This document shows positions 1 to 9,266 of a stretch of DNA of 64,000 nucleotides, piece by piece (position 1 is the stretch's first letter; the number at the start of each line of letters is the position of its first letter). The notes under the pieces are model-generated. The model worked only from the letters and a program-made list of their open reading frames with translations, had not been told where the DNA came from and searched no databases. The position numbers were made by a program, and so were the translations under genes. The stretch is from Candidatus Amesbacteria bacterium RIFCSPLOWO2_01_FULL_48_25. GTDB lineage: Bacteria; Patescibacteriota; Microgenomatia; CAZETR01; Amesbacteraceae. Location: contig MEXN01000005.1 in the NCBI GenBank assembly GCA_001773695.1, positions 67,687-131,686 of the forward strand. Direction: 5' to 3'.

Positions 1-70
1 TGGGGTTGGGGGAGTTGGGTCGGGGTCAGATTTTGAGAGAGTGGAGGGAAAGTCGAGGGAAGGAGATAGT

Positions 71-790
71 GTGAGCGGGGTGAGCTTGAAGGATTTACTT
101 GAAGCGGGGTGTCATTTCGGGCATCAGTCCAGGAGGTGGAATCCAGCTATGGCCAAGTATATTTATACGGCCCGGGACGGGGTACATATTTTAGATTTGG
201 CCCAGACTAAAAAAGGGATCGAGGAAGCGGCCAAATATTTGGGCAGCATGGCTTCTGAGGGCCGCGTGATTTTGTTCGTGGGCACCAAGCGTCAAGCCCA
301 GGAAGTAGTTAGGAGGGAAGCGGTGAGACTGGGGATGCCGTATGTGACTGCCAGATGGATAGGGGGGTTGTTGACCAATTGGGAACAGGTGCAAAAGAGG
401 CTGGCTAAACTTGCTGATTTGAAAGATAAGAGGAATAGGGGGGACTTTAAGGTTTACACCAAGCGGGAGCAACTGCTGCTAGACCGGGAGATAGCCAAAT
501 TGGAGAAGTTTTTTGGCGGTGTTTCGACTCTTTCTAAACTTCCTGACGTGTTGTTTGTCGTGGACTCACATAGAGAAGAAGTGGCGGTAAAAGAGGCCAG
601 AAGGATGAACATTCCAGTAGTGGCTCTGGTGGATACCAATGGCGACCCGGCGCTTATTGATTATGTGATTCCGGTTAATGACGATGCGGTAAAATCGGTA
701 GAATTGGTGGTGACCGCAATCGCAGATGCGATTGCAGGTTCCAAGCCACAAATCTCAAGTAACAAACAAGAATCAAGTCCCAATGAATAA
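71..790 (+). CDS. rpsB: 30S ribosomal protein S2
   Basis: LLEAGCHFGH, FVGTKRQA, RWIGGLLTN and VDTN motifs; upstream of tsf. Start uncertain (GTG 41 or 71). Confidence 0.97.
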   Translation: MSGVSLKDLLEAGCHFGHQSRRWNPAMAKYIYTARDGVHILDLAQTKKGIEEAAKYLGSMASEGRVILFVGTKRQAQEVVRREAVRLGMPYVTARWIGGLLTNWEQVQKRLAKLADLKDKRNRGDFKVYTKREQLLLDREIAKLEKFFGGVSTLSKLPDVLFVVDSHREEVAVKEARRMNIPVVALVDTNGDPALIDYVIPVNDDAVKSVELVVTAIADAIAGSKPQISSNKQESSPNE

Positions 791-1238
791 AATCTCAATA
801 GAGGACATAAAAAAACTTAGGGAGAAGACCGGGGCGGGAGTGTCCGATTGCCGGGAGGCATTGGAGGAGTCGGGGGGGGATATGAAGAAAGCTGAGGAGG
901 GTTTGCGTAAAAGGGGGATTGAACGGGCGGCCAAAAAGGCCGATCGGGAAGTGAGAGCGGGAGCCGTCTTTTCTTATGTGCATCACACCGGCCGATTGGG
1001 GTCGATGGTGGCTCTGGCCTGCGAGACGGATTTTGTGGCTAAAACCGATGATTTTGTCAAATTAGGTAAAGAATTGGCCTTGCATGTTGCCGCTTCAAGG
1101 CCCGAGAGTGTTGATGTGCTTTTGGGGCAGGAGTACGTGCGGGATCCGGCTAAAAAAATTTCCGATTTGGTAAAAGAGGTGATCGGTAAATTGGGTGAAA
1201 ATATTCAGGTAGTTGATGTCAGGATCGTAGAAGTGTAG
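783..1238 (+). CDS. tsf: Elongation factor Ts (short, 151 aa)
   Basis: IKKLREKTGAG UBA-like N-terminus, CETDFVAK, GENI; ATG 783 overlaps the rpsB end. Confidence 0.95.
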   Translation: MNKISIEDIKKLREKTGAGVSDCREALEESGGDMKKAEEGLRKRGIERAAKKADREVRAGAVFSYVHHTGRLGSMVALACETDFVAKTDDFVKLGKELALHVAASRPESVDVLLGQEYVRDPAKKISDLVKEVIGKLGENIQVVDVRIVEV

Positions 1239-1251
1239 ACTAAAGTCCACA

Positions 1252-1806
1252 ATGGATTTGGGGGAAGTGAAGCAAAAGATGCAGGCGGGAGTGGATTATA
1301 CGCGGCGGGAAATGGCGATGATCAGAACCGGGCGGGCAAATCCGGCGCTGGTTGAGAATATTGTCATAAACGCATACGGCGGGACGGCAAAGATGAGGGT
1401 GGTGGAGCTGGGGACTATTTCTGTACCGGAGCCGCAGCAGCTGGTGATTACACCTTACGACCAATCGATAATTGGCGATGTTAGGAGGGATTTGGAGGCG
1501 GCAAATTTGGGAGTGATGCCGGTAATTGATAACGGGGTGATTCGGATGACATTTCCGGCACTAACGACCGAGCGGCGATTGGAATATGTGAAATTGCTAC
1601 ACACCAGGCTGGAGGACGGGAGAGTGAAAATAAGGCAAATTAGGCACGATAAAATGACCGAGTTAAAGAGGCAGTTTGAGGCGAAAGAGCTAACCGAGGA
1701 TGATAGGCATAGGCTGGAGAAGGAACTGCAGGAGCTGACTGATGAGATGATGAAACTGGTTGAGGAGATGGGGAAGATGAAGGAAGAGGAGTTGAAAACT
1801 TTGTAG
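1252..1806 (+). CDS. frr: Ribosome recycling factor
   Basis: IRTGRANP, ITPYD, PALTTERR motifs; rpsB-tsf-frr synteny. Confidence 0.97.
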   Translation: MDLGEVKQKMQAGVDYTRREMAMIRTGRANPALVENIVINAYGGTAKMRVVELGTISVPEPQQLVITPYDQSIIGDVRRDLEAANLGVMPVIDNGVIRMTFPALTTERRLEYVKLLHTRLEDGRVKIRQIRHDKMTELKRQFEAKELTEDDRHRLEKELQELTDEMMKLVEEMGKMKEEELKTL

Positions 1807-1826
1807 ACTTATAGTATAATAGGGTT

Positions 1827-2018
1827 ATGACCAGTGGTGAGTGGTGTAAGCGTAAATATAGAAATTCTGAGTTATCGTTGGGTGCCAGAATTAAGCTGGG
1901 GTTGTTGGCTCTGGCGTTGGCTTGTGGGTATGGTTTGTACAAATTAGGGCCGGATAATTGCAATCATGCGGCGATGTACGGAGATATGTGCCCACCTGCG
2001 ACTTCGCAAAGCAGGTAA
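1827..2018 (+). CDS. Small single-TM hypothetical protein
   Basis: TATAAT shortly before the ATG; one hydrophobic segment; fills the frr-rseP gap. Confidence 0.5.
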   Translation: MTSGEWCKRKYRNSELSLGARIKLGLLALALACGYGLYKLGPDNCNHAAMYGDMCPPATSQSR

Positions 2019-2037
2019 TGTCTGATACACTTGGGAA

Positions 2038-3168
2038 ATGGCGACGGGGGTGATATTTTTTGTAGTTCTGTCGATTTTGGTGCTGGTCCACGAATTGGGG
2101 CATTTTATGGCGGCTAGGTTATTTGGGATCGAAGTAGAGGAATTTGCTTTCGGATTGCCGTTTACTAAGCCGATTTTTAAGATCAAAAAAGGGAAGACGC
2201 AGTATGGGTTGTATCCACTTTTATTTGGCGGATTCGTGAGATTAGAGGGGGAAGAGCAGGAGAGTGGAAGAGCAGGAGAGTATAAGGAGGGGTCGTTTTG
2301 GAGCAGGGGAAAGAAACAAAGAATGATGGTGATCGCGGCCGGTGTAGTCATGAACGTGGTCTTGGCTTTGGTTGGATTTGGTGTGTTGTATGCGAGTGTC
2401 GGAGTGCCGGTTAGAAGAGTGGAGCTCGTAACTGTGGTCGAAGTGCAGAAGGATACTCCCGCTGATTCTGCTGGTATTGCCCGTGACGACCGGATTGTAG
2501 CGGTGGAGGGCCGGCCGGTATCTGCTTCCGAGTTTCCCCAATTGATGAAATCCTGGGCCGGGGTGGAGGTACATTTACTAATCGAGCGGGGGAAAGGGAC
2601 ATATTTGTTTGAAGGGATTGCTCCCGGTCCGGTGGAGCAAAAGATCGTGGCCATTGTGCCCCGGGCCAACCCTCCGGAGGGACAGGGATCGATAGGAGTT
2701 CTTATTTCCAATTATCCGTATCTGGAAACAATAAAATGTTCAATGTCTAATGTTCAATGTTTAGTATTGGCAGCGGGAAAAGGGGTAGAAAGCACGGTGA
2801 TTTGGGCGGGGAGAGTGTTCGACGGCTTACGGAGTATTGGAAAAAGCTTGGTGGCGGGGAAGGCGCCTGAGGGGGTGTCGGGACCGGTAGGGATTTACCG
2901 ATTGGTGGATGTGGTGGCTGTGGGCGGGTTTTGGCCGCTTTTGGAGTTGACGGCAATATTGTCTGTTAACTTGGCTGTATTTAACGTTTTGCCCATTCCG
3001 GCGCTGGACGGAGGACGGATGATATTTATCTGGTGGGAATGGGTGAGGAAAAAGAGAGTGACACCTGAGTTGGAGAGAAAAATAAATTCCTGGGGAATGG
3101 CTTTTTTGATAGGTTTACTTGTCCTAATTACGCTTCAGGATGTGATTAGTGGAGGGTTGGGGAAGTAG
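2038..3168 (+). CDS. rseP: RseP/M50 intramembrane zinc metalloprotease with PDZ domain
   Basis: HELGH, GGFVRL, SGPVGI and NVLPIPALDGG motifs. Confidence 0.95.
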   Translation: MATGVIFFVVLSILVLVHELGHFMAARLFGIEVEEFAFGLPFTKPIFKIKKGKTQYGLYPLLFGGFVRLEGEEQESGRAGEYKEGSFWSRGKKQRMMVIAAGVVMNVVLALVGFGVLYASVGVPVRRVELVTVVEVQKDTPADSAGIARDDRIVAVEGRPVSASEFPQLMKSWAGVEVHLLIERGKGTYLFEGIAPGPVEQKIVAIVPRANPPEGQGSIGVLISNYPYLETIKCSMSNVQCLVLAAGKGVESTVIWAGRVFDGLRSIGKSLVAGKAPEGVSGPVGIYRLVDVVAVGGFWPLLELTAILSVNLAVFNVLPIPALDGGRMIFIWWEWVRKKRVTPELERKINSWGMAFLIGLLVLITLQDVISGGLGK

Positions 3169-3180
3169 CAAGGGATAAAT

Positions 3181-3579
3181 CTATTTCTGTCTCCGGTAAA
3201 CGGGAAGCTTGGGAAGGCCATATGCTACAGATCTAGTTTCGTCCAGAAGTCTGTCCATGAGATTACCGGTTCGTTTCATCACTTTCGGGTCGGGGTCTTG
3301 TGGGTTCAGTGTAGGATCAATATATTGTGATTCTTGGTGCCGTCTTCCATATTCAGTCATTATTTCCTGGTAGTCCTGGGAGCTAAGCCCTGGGAAAGGT
3401 GGACCGAGTTGGGTGAGGTAGTGGGCGAACAAGCTAAGCATGTTTTTTAGATGGATCTGGGCTCTTATTTGATCTTCGGGAGACATCTCACCGACTTGTT
3501 TAGTCATGTATGCTACTTGGCCTTCGAAAATATTTACGACTTTTCGGGGATCAAGAGTTTCTCTGATGTTGAGCGGCAT
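3181..3579 (-). CDS. Hypothetical protein
   Basis: 132-aa ORF filling the gap; TATAAT (minus strand) just upstream of the ATG. Confidence 0.6.
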   Translation of the reverse strand: MPLNIRETLDPRKVVNIFEGQVAYMTKQVGEMSPEDQIRAQIHLKNMLSLFAHYLTQLGPPFPGLSSQDYQEIMTEYGRRHQESQYIDPTLNPQDPDPKVMKRTGNLMDRLLDETRSVAYGLPKLPVYRRQK

Positions 3580-3620
3580 AATTTAGAAATTATAGGGTAA
3601 TTTGGTAAAATGTCTAGGTT

Positions 3621-3827
3621 ATGGATGGAGGTCAGATGTTTTTAGTTGGGATGGGGCTGTTGACAGTGGCGGTAGTGGTGGGAGTGGGGTTGAAGGTGGG
3701 GGAGTTGGAATTGAGGCAGGAAAAGGAGAATAGATGGTATCGAGAGAGAGCTCACGTGGTTACTGATAGCTCTGAAATGCTTAGAGGGTTGCAGGCTAAA
3801 AGGGCAGAAGGAGCTGAGAAGGAGTAG
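3621..3827 (+). CDS. Small membrane-anchored hypothetical protein
   Basis: N-terminal TM segment; TAAAAT -10 upstream. Confidence 0.55.
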   Translation: MDGGQMFLVGMGLLTVAVVVGVGLKVGELELRQEKENRWYRERAHVVTDSSEMLRGLQAKRAEGAEKE

Positions 3828-3834
3828 TTAATAT

Positions 3835-4233
3835 ATGACCAGGGAACTGGAAGAGTTAATTGGTAATGAGGTCGAACCGAAGTATAGGAGAAAGTCGATT
3901 TACGATGCGGTGGTGATTGCCTATAAAAGACGAGAGCATGGGAGGCGGATTAATAACTTGATGTCAGAGCGGGGGATTACCATGCGTCAGGTGACTGGTC
4001 AGATGGAGGTGGATGTGGAACGGGAGGTGGCGAGAATGTTTATTGAGGTGGTTATGACCGGGAGGCGGGAGAGGGAATATTTAAACGTGGCGGCGGCGAC
4101 AAATTTGGCGGCAATGACACCGGAGCAGATTCAGGATTTGCATAGCATTGGGCCGGTTAAGGGGCCGATGGTGTACCGAGCGTTACAGAGGTGGTCTGAA
4201 CTCCATGGGGGAGGTCAGGCTGAGACTGAGTGA
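3835..4233 (+). CDS. Hypothetical protein with C-terminal helix-hairpin-helix-like motif
   Basis: LAAMTPEQIQDLHSIGPVKG resembles the HhH consensus L..l.GIG...A. Confidence 0.6.
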   Translation: MTRELEELIGNEVEPKYRRKSIYDAVVIAYKRREHGRRINNLMSERGITMRQVTGQMEVDVEREVARMFIEVVMTGRREREYLNVAAATNLAAMTPEQIQDLHSIGPVKGPMVYRALQRWSELHGGGQAETE

Positions 4234-4579
4234 GGTGGAAGATATTTCTATCGAAGCAGACGGAAAGAGTTTGTCCCCTGAATGTGTATGAATGTGATTT
4301 GCCGTCTTCGACTTCTGCCATCCAGGGAGAGTATGGTTTGCCGGTCTTTTGATAAATTGTATAGAGAGTGACATAAGGGTGGGGGTGATTGTATAAATCT
4401 TTGTAGAAGTCGGGGAGGAGGAGAGAAGAGTCGTTTAGAAAATGGGGTTTTGTGGTTTGGAGGGGAATACCAGTACAGCTGGATGGAGAAAAAGGGAAGG
4501 CTTGGACGGGGGAGGTAATGCCCAATAGGGCAAGTGCGATGGCGAGGTAGATGTGGAGGTGGCGGATTTTTTCTGGCAT
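4157..4579 (-). CDS. Hypothetical exported protein
   Basis: Signal peptide ending VQA; TATAAT upstream on the minus strand; the 3' end overlaps a convergent gene. Confidence 0.55.
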   Translation of the reverse strand: MPEKIRHLHIYLAIALALLGITSPVQAFPFSPSSCTGIPLQTTKPHFLNDSSLLLPDFYKDLYNHPHPYVTLYTIYQKTGKPYSPWMAEVEDGKSHSYTFRGQTLSVCFDRNIFHLTQSQPDLPHGVQTTSVTLGTPSAP

Positions 4580-4803
4580 TTCTGAGCTGATTATATACCC
4601 ACAAAGAACTTGTTAATAGGCAACAAAAATCCTATACAAATAATGTTGAACTAGCGCAATATTTACTAGTGTCTGGATATATATAGTAACTACTTTTTAT
4701 AAGCCCGGGGGGGCGGGGTGTAAGACCGAAGATTGAACGAAAATGTTGGATTTTGGAAAATTGATTGTTGACCGGAAAATTTTGGGAGATTATGATGCGG
4801 TGA

Positions 4804-5685
4804 ATGGCAAAGGTTCGTAAGGCGGTAATTCCAGCGGCGGGGTTTGGGACGCGGTTTTTACCGATGACCAAGGCCAGTCCCAAAGAGATGCTGCCGGTCG
4901 TGGACAAGCCGATTATCCAGCGGGTAGTGGAAGAATTGGTGGGAGCGGGAATAGAAGACATTATTATCGTCACCGGTTATCATAAGCGCAGTATCGAAGA
5001 TCACTTTGATGCGCCGTCTTCGGAGTTGACACAGATGTTGAAAAATAAACCAGAGATGCTTTTGAAAGTGGAAAAGATAGGTAAATTGGCTAATTTTGCC
5101 TATGTGCGGCAAAAGGGACCGTATGGCAACGGGACGCCACTTCTCAACGTGCGGCATTTGGTGGGTAACGAGCCGTTTATTTATACGTGGGGGGATGATT
5201 TTGTCGAGGCGGCGCCGGTCACCAGATTTGCCCAGATGGTTGAGTGTTATGAGAAGTATGGAGCGACTACTTTAAGTTGTATCCGGGCGACTCGCAACCA
5301 GGACTATGTGAAATATGGATTTGCATCGGGAAAAAAGTTGGCGGAGGGGGTAATTGAGGTGGAAAAGATTGTGGAGAAACCGGGGAAGGAGAATGCTCCT
5401 TCAGATCTGGCTACGGTAAGCGGATTTCTGGCGGCGCCTGAGATATTTGAATACGTGGATCAAGCGGCCTCTGGTTTGCAGCCGGGACATGAGTTTTACT
5501 ACAATGATGTATTGAAGCTGATGCTTTTAGCGGGTAAAAAGATCATAGCCCGGGAAATTGAAAACGCCAGGTTTTATGACACTGGGGATAAACTGGATTA
5601 TTTGAAAGCGGTTGTCGAATTTGGGATAAAGCACGAGGATATCGGGGAGGAGTTTTCCAAATGGATCGGAGGGCTAAAAGTATGA
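4804..5685 (+). CDS. galU: UTP--glucose-1-phosphate uridylyltransferase
   Basis: KAVIPAAGFGTRFLP.TKA.PKEMLPVVDKP, VEKP, YDTG. Confidence 0.93.
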   Translation: MAKVRKAVIPAAGFGTRFLPMTKASPKEMLPVVDKPIIQRVVEELVGAGIEDIIIVTGYHKRSIEDHFDAPSSELTQMLKNKPEMLLKVEKIGKLANFAYVRQKGPYGNGTPLLNVRHLVGNEPFIYTWGDDFVEAAPVTRFAQMVECYEKYGATTLSCIRATRNQDYVKYGFASGKKLAEGVIEVEKIVEKPGKENAPSDLATVSGFLAAPEIFEYVDQAASGLQPGHEFYYNDVLKLMLLAGKKIIAREIENARFYDTGDKLDYLKAVVEFGIKHEDIGEEFSKWIGGLKV

Positions 5686-5858
5686 AGAACAAGGAGAGGG
5701 AGCGGTTGGAGATATTGAAGGAGAATTTGGAGGTAAGTCAACGAGAACTGGATGCGGCTATAGGGTCCGGAGCGGTTGGTTGGGCCAGGGAATTTGCGAA
5801 AAAGGTAAAAAATGTCAAAAGACAGTTACTGGGAAGGAAAAATAGGCGCAAGGTCTGA
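5682..5858 (+). CDS. Small basic hypothetical protein
   Basis: ATGA overlap with the galU stop. Confidence 0.5.
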   Translation: MKNKERERLEILKENLEVSQRELDAAIGSGAVGWAREFAKKVKNVKRQLLGRKNRRKV

Positions 5859-5859
5859 T

Positions 5860-6162
5860 ATGGAATTTGATCCGGGAAAGCCATATGTGGAATCGGAAGA
5901 TACAGTGAGGTTGACGTGGAGAGATGGGTGGATTAGGAATGGAGTGTGGAGAGTGAGTATAGAGGACTATTTGACTTTTGTGCGGGATGTGGGGTTGATC
6001 TCATGGGGGTGGATGATGAGGTTGGTCCAACCGGAAGTTGGTGATTGGATCTTACCGGTACCAATTATAAGGAATGGGCGATTGCATAGGATCTTGTTTG
6101 ACCAAAGAGAAGCTGAGGAGAAATTGGTGATGTATGAATCTAGTGGACCAGAGCAGGGGTAG
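5860..6162 (+). CDS. Hypothetical protein
   Basis: ORF starts right after the previous stop; Trp-rich. Confidence 0.5.
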   Translation: MEFDPGKPYVESEDTVRLTWRDGWIRNGVWRVSIEDYLTFVRDVGLISWGWMMRLVQPEVGDWILPVPIIRNGRLHRILFDQREAEEKLVMYESSGPEQG

Positions 6163-6190
6163 ATAAGGGATAGTGTAGAATGTGGGGCGG

Positions 6191-6673
6191 ATGGCGGCAG
6201 AAAATGGATCATTTGAATGGCTGGATAAACTGGAGTTTAAAAGGAGCGGTGGGCAGGTATTGAACCCTGGATGTGACCCTGGAAGGCATGCCTGTGCAGA
6301 CGGATGTGTGGTGGAATCCGGGCTTCGTTGGGAGGTTAGGATGGGGTTAATAAAGAATAGTGTCCAGGTAAAGGAGTATTTGGAGAGGCAGCCTTGCCCG
6401 GTGTTTGCAGTGGTTGTGACGAAGGCGATGGGGAAGGAGGCAAAAATTGTGGTTAGTGTCGAGGAGTTTAAGAGGAGATTGGAAAAGGAAAGGAAAAAAA
6501 AGGCCGATTTGGACGCGCAAATTGCCCAGGCCAGGGCTAATGGGGGCAAGGGGGTGGCGGGGTTGGAGAAGAAAAGGAAGCAGAGTGGGTCGGTGATTGG
6601 AGCAATTGTGACGAATCTAAAGAGATTGAACAAGGCTCGTGGTTCTGATCATGACGCGGAGGTTATGGATTGA
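6191..6673 (+). CDS. Hypothetical Cys-containing protein
   Basis: TAGAAT -10 before the ATG; C-x6-C-x3-C...CP motif; charged tail. Confidence 0.55.
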   Translation: MAAENGSFEWLDKLEFKRSGGQVLNPGCDPGRHACADGCVVESGLRWEVRMGLIKNSVQVKEYLERQPCPVFAVVVTKAMGKEAKIVVSVEEFKRRLEKERKKKADLDAQIAQARANGGKGVAGLEKKRKQSGSVIGAIVTNLKRLNKARGSDHDAEVMD

Positions 6674-7702
6674 GGCCAGGCGATAGTAGAGAAGCTCATG
6701 TGACTTGAAAAGATGATGGAGGTAAGAGCGCGAATAATCGCGGCAAGTGGAGCAATCGCAAGTGTCGTCGATGGGGTTTTTGTCTAGTTTGAATTGGGAT
6801 TTGGAGATATCAAGCCTTTCGGTTTTTGACTGACGATTATATAAAAGACCGCAGCGGGCGAGCCGAGTGGGAGCTACACAGTCAAACATATCCGCGCCGG
6901 CACGGATTACCGAAACTATATCTGACGGTTTGACTCCGACCCCCATGGTGTAGAGGGGTTTATTTTTGGGAAGGAGATCGCGGATGATGGCGAGAGCTTG
7001 TGAGGTTTGGCTTGGGTTGGAGCCGATGACGGCGCCGCCTATTGCGATACCGGGAAGATCTTGGTCGACAATAAATTTGGTGGATTCTTTTAATAGGTCG
7101 GGGTATTGACCACCCTGGATGATGCCAAAGAGGGCTTGTTTATTGCGGACTCGATCTTGCGAAAATTCGTGCTCGACTCCCGCAAGCGGGGTCCGGCTGC
7201 GCGCGAATTTTCTGTCAAGATCTGCGTCCTTCCATGTTTTTATGCATCGGAGTAGCCAGGCGTGGGTTCTGAGCATTGCCTCTTTGGCGTAAGCATGAGA
7301 CGCGCCGGCGGGGATGGGGTGATCGAAGGCCATAATGATATTCGCCCCAATATCTATTTGAGATAGGGTGGTAGTTTCAGGCGACAAAAATTGGAGCGAG
7401 CCGTCGAGATGGGATTTGAAATATGCTCCTTTGTCTGTAATTCGAGGAGTAAGACTCATGATTTGAAAGCCTCCCGAGTCGGTCAGAATGGGGTGAGGCC
7501 AGTTCATGAAGGTGTGGATGCCACCTAACTTTTTGATGTTTTGTGGACCGGGACGAAGATAGAGATGATAATTGTTGGCCAAGATTATTTGGGCGCCTAC
7601 TGACTCGAGATCTTCGCTGGAGAGGGACTTGACGGAGGCGGCTGTACCCACGGGCATAAAGACGGGAGCGGTGATATTGCCATGAGGCGTGGAAATGACC
7701 AT
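6617..7702 (-). CDS. tgt: tRNA-guanine transglycosylase (with in-frame palindromic insertion)
   Basis: TPHG..PVFMPVGT, TDSGGFQ, GIIQGG, DMFDCV.PTR and zinc site CDCSTC...H; start re-assigned to ATG 7702. Confidence 0.95.
   Translation of the reverse strand: MVISTPHGNITAPVFMPVGTAASVKSLSSEDLESVGAQIILANNYHLYLRPGPQNIKKLGGIHTFMNWPHPILTDSGGFQIMSLTPRITDKGAYFKSHLDGSLQFLSPETTTLSQIDIGANIIMAFDHPIPAGASHAYAKEAMLRTHAWLLRCIKTWKDADLDRKFARSRTPLAGVEHEFSQDRVRNKQALFGIIQGGQYPDLLKESTKFIVDQDLPGIAIGGAVIGSNPSQTSQALAIIRDLLPKNKPLYTMGVGVKPSDIVSVIRAGADMFDCVAPTRLARCGLLYNRQSKTERLDISKSQFKLDKNPIDDTCDCSTCRDYSRSYLHHLFKSHELLYYRLASIHNLRVMIRTTSLVQSL
7147..7229. repeat. 83-nt long imperfect palindrome inserted in frame in tgt
   Basis: Arms GGAC/GTCC, GATCTTG/CAAGATC, GAAAATTCGTGC/GCGCGAATTTTC, GACTCCCGC/GCGGGGTC. 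Confidence 0.85.
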
Positions 7703-7750
7703 TTGGCAATTATACCTATTGACTGGGTGTGAAAAGGAGTAGAATTGGGC

Positions 7751-7882
7751 ATGGCTGGGGTTATAAAGAAAGAGATATCTGAGTGTCCTCATAGTGAGCA
7801 CACTTCGAAATGGAAGGATGACTTTACTGGAGCAGGTCATTGCGAGACGCGACGGCTCTTGACAAGAGGAAAGGGGATGTGA
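7751..7882 (+). CDS. 43-aa Cys/His small protein (not in ORF track)
   Basis: TTGACT..TAGAAT directly before the ATG; MAGVIKKEISECPHSEH...GHCETRR. Confidence 0.4.
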   Translation: MAGVIKKEISECPHSEHTSKWKDDFTGAGHCETRRLLTRGKGM

Positions 7883-7894
7883 TGTACTGGATGA

Positions 7895-8434
7895 GTGATG
7901 AAGAAGTTGTTGGTGTCTGTGGTTTTGGGGCTTTTGGTTTTGCCGGTGGCTGTGGGGGCGCTGGATGAGGAAGAAGTGGATGGATTGAAAGAACAGCGGG
8001 CGAAGTTGATGCTGGAGAGGCGGTCGGAGACTACGGCTCAGATTTTAGAGAGACTGGTCAAAAATATGAATGGTATAAACAGCCGGCGGGTGGCTGCTAT
8101 GAACCGGCATTTGGAGAGGATGCGAGCCTTGATGGAGAAAGTGGGTGCTGCTCGTGATAAAGCTGCCGCTTCCGGAAAAGATGTAAGTGCTGTGGACACG
8201 GCCGTGACGGCCGCGGATGCGGCGATTGCGTCGGCCCAGGCAGCGGTGGATGCGCAAGGGGCAAAAGTTTATAGTGCGACCACCCGGGCGGAATTTATGG
8301 CTGCTAAGAAGCAGCTGGCAACTGATTTGAGGGGGGTGCACCAAAGAATCGTGGAGGCGAGAAAGGCAGTAGCTCGAGCGATATCATCATTAGCTAAAGT
8401 CAGAGGGGAGGTGGCGCCGACGGCTACGCCGTAA
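7895..8434 (+). CDS. Secreted Ala-rich coiled-coil protein
   Basis: Signal peptide (AVGA), helical Ala/Lys-rich body. Confidence 0.75.
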   Translation: MMKKLLVSVVLGLLVLPVAVGALDEEEVDGLKEQRAKLMLERRSETTAQILERLVKNMNGINSRRVAAMNRHLERMRALMEKVGAARDKAAASGKDVSAVDTAVTAADAAIASAQAAVDAQGAKVYSATTRAEFMAAKKQLATDLRGVHQRIVEARKAVARAISSLAKVRGEVAPTATP

Positions 8435-8445
8435 AAAGGGATATT

Positions 8446-8712
8446 ATGGCATCTTCTGAACAAAATCAAAATAATTTTCTTATGTTTCTGCTTTTGGCTG
8501 GGGCGTTTCTGGCAGCAGGAGTGGTTTTGATGAGGCTGATTCCGGTAAGGACTGGTAGTTTGTCGGGTTACGCTAGAGGGCAAAATGTAGTTAAACCAAC
8601 TGTGTCTCCTGATGTGAGCGCGAGTGATTTGATGAATGAACTAAACACCACCGCGGATGACGGGGGTGAGGGCGATCTTCGCCAACTGGATCGAGACGCA
8701 GCGGGATTGTAG
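8446..8712 (+). CDS. Single-TM hypothetical protein
   Basis: Hydrophobic N-terminal segment, acidic tail. Confidence 0.65.
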   Translation: MASSEQNQNNFLMFLLLAGAFLAAGVVLMRLIPVRTGSLSGYARGQNVVKPTVSPDVSASDLMNELNTTADDGGEGDLRQLDRDAAGL

Positions 8713-8735
8713 GGGCGGAGTATAATAAGGGGCTT

Positions 8736-9071
8736 ATGAATAGTTGCGTTTTTTGTCGGATTGTGGCGGGTGAGTTGCCTACCCAGAAAGTGTGGGAAGA
8801 CGAGGAGATAGTAGCCTTTAAGGATGTTAATCCCTCGGCGCCGGTACATGTATTAGTAGTACCTAAAAGGCACATTGATAAGTTGACGGAAGCTACTAGC
8901 CAGGATCGGGACTTGTTGGGTGGATTGCAGTTGGCAGCGGCCGTTGTCGCTCAAAAAATGGGAATAGCGGATGGATTTAGATTAATGTTGAATAACGGAG
9001 CCAGCGCGGGGCAAGTGGTCTGGCACCTGCATTATCATGTGCAGGGAGGATGGAAAGGGGGGGTGAAATGA
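8736..9071 (+). CDS. hinT: HIT family nucleotide-binding protein
   Basis: CVFC, DVNP.AP.HVLVVPK, GQVVWHLHYH histidine triad. Confidence 0.93.
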   Translation: MNSCVFCRIVAGELPTQKVWEDEEIVAFKDVNPSAPVHVLVVPKRHIDKLTEATSQDRDLLGGLQLAAAVVAQKMGIADGFRLMLNNGASAGQVVWHLHYHVQGGWKGGVK

Positions 9072-9075
9072 TTTT

Positions 9076-9261
9076 ATGGCGACAGTGGTACACAAAAAAC
9101 CCGGCCAATCAGATGACAAACTTATCGCTGACTTTCGTAAGAAAGTCCTTAATGATGAGTTGATTTTGGAGATCAAAAAGCGGGAATTTTATCGTAAGCC
9201 GTCGGTATTAAAGCAAGAGAGAATTAAAGAGCGCAGAAAAACGCGACGGAGGAGTTATTAG
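9076..9261 (+). CDS. rpsU: 30S ribosomal protein S21
   Basis: EIKKREFYRKPS motif; HIT-rpsU-yqeY synteny. Confidence 0.85.
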   Translation: MATVVHKKPGQSDDKLIADFRKKVLNDELILEIKKREFYRKPSVLKQERIKERRKTRRRSY

Positions 9262-9266
9262 GAAAT

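Noticed and set aside
4580-4803. AT-rich intergenic region upstream of galU as a possible ncRNA or regulator-box array
   Set aside because: No convincing stem-loops or repeated boxes; divergent promoters explain it.
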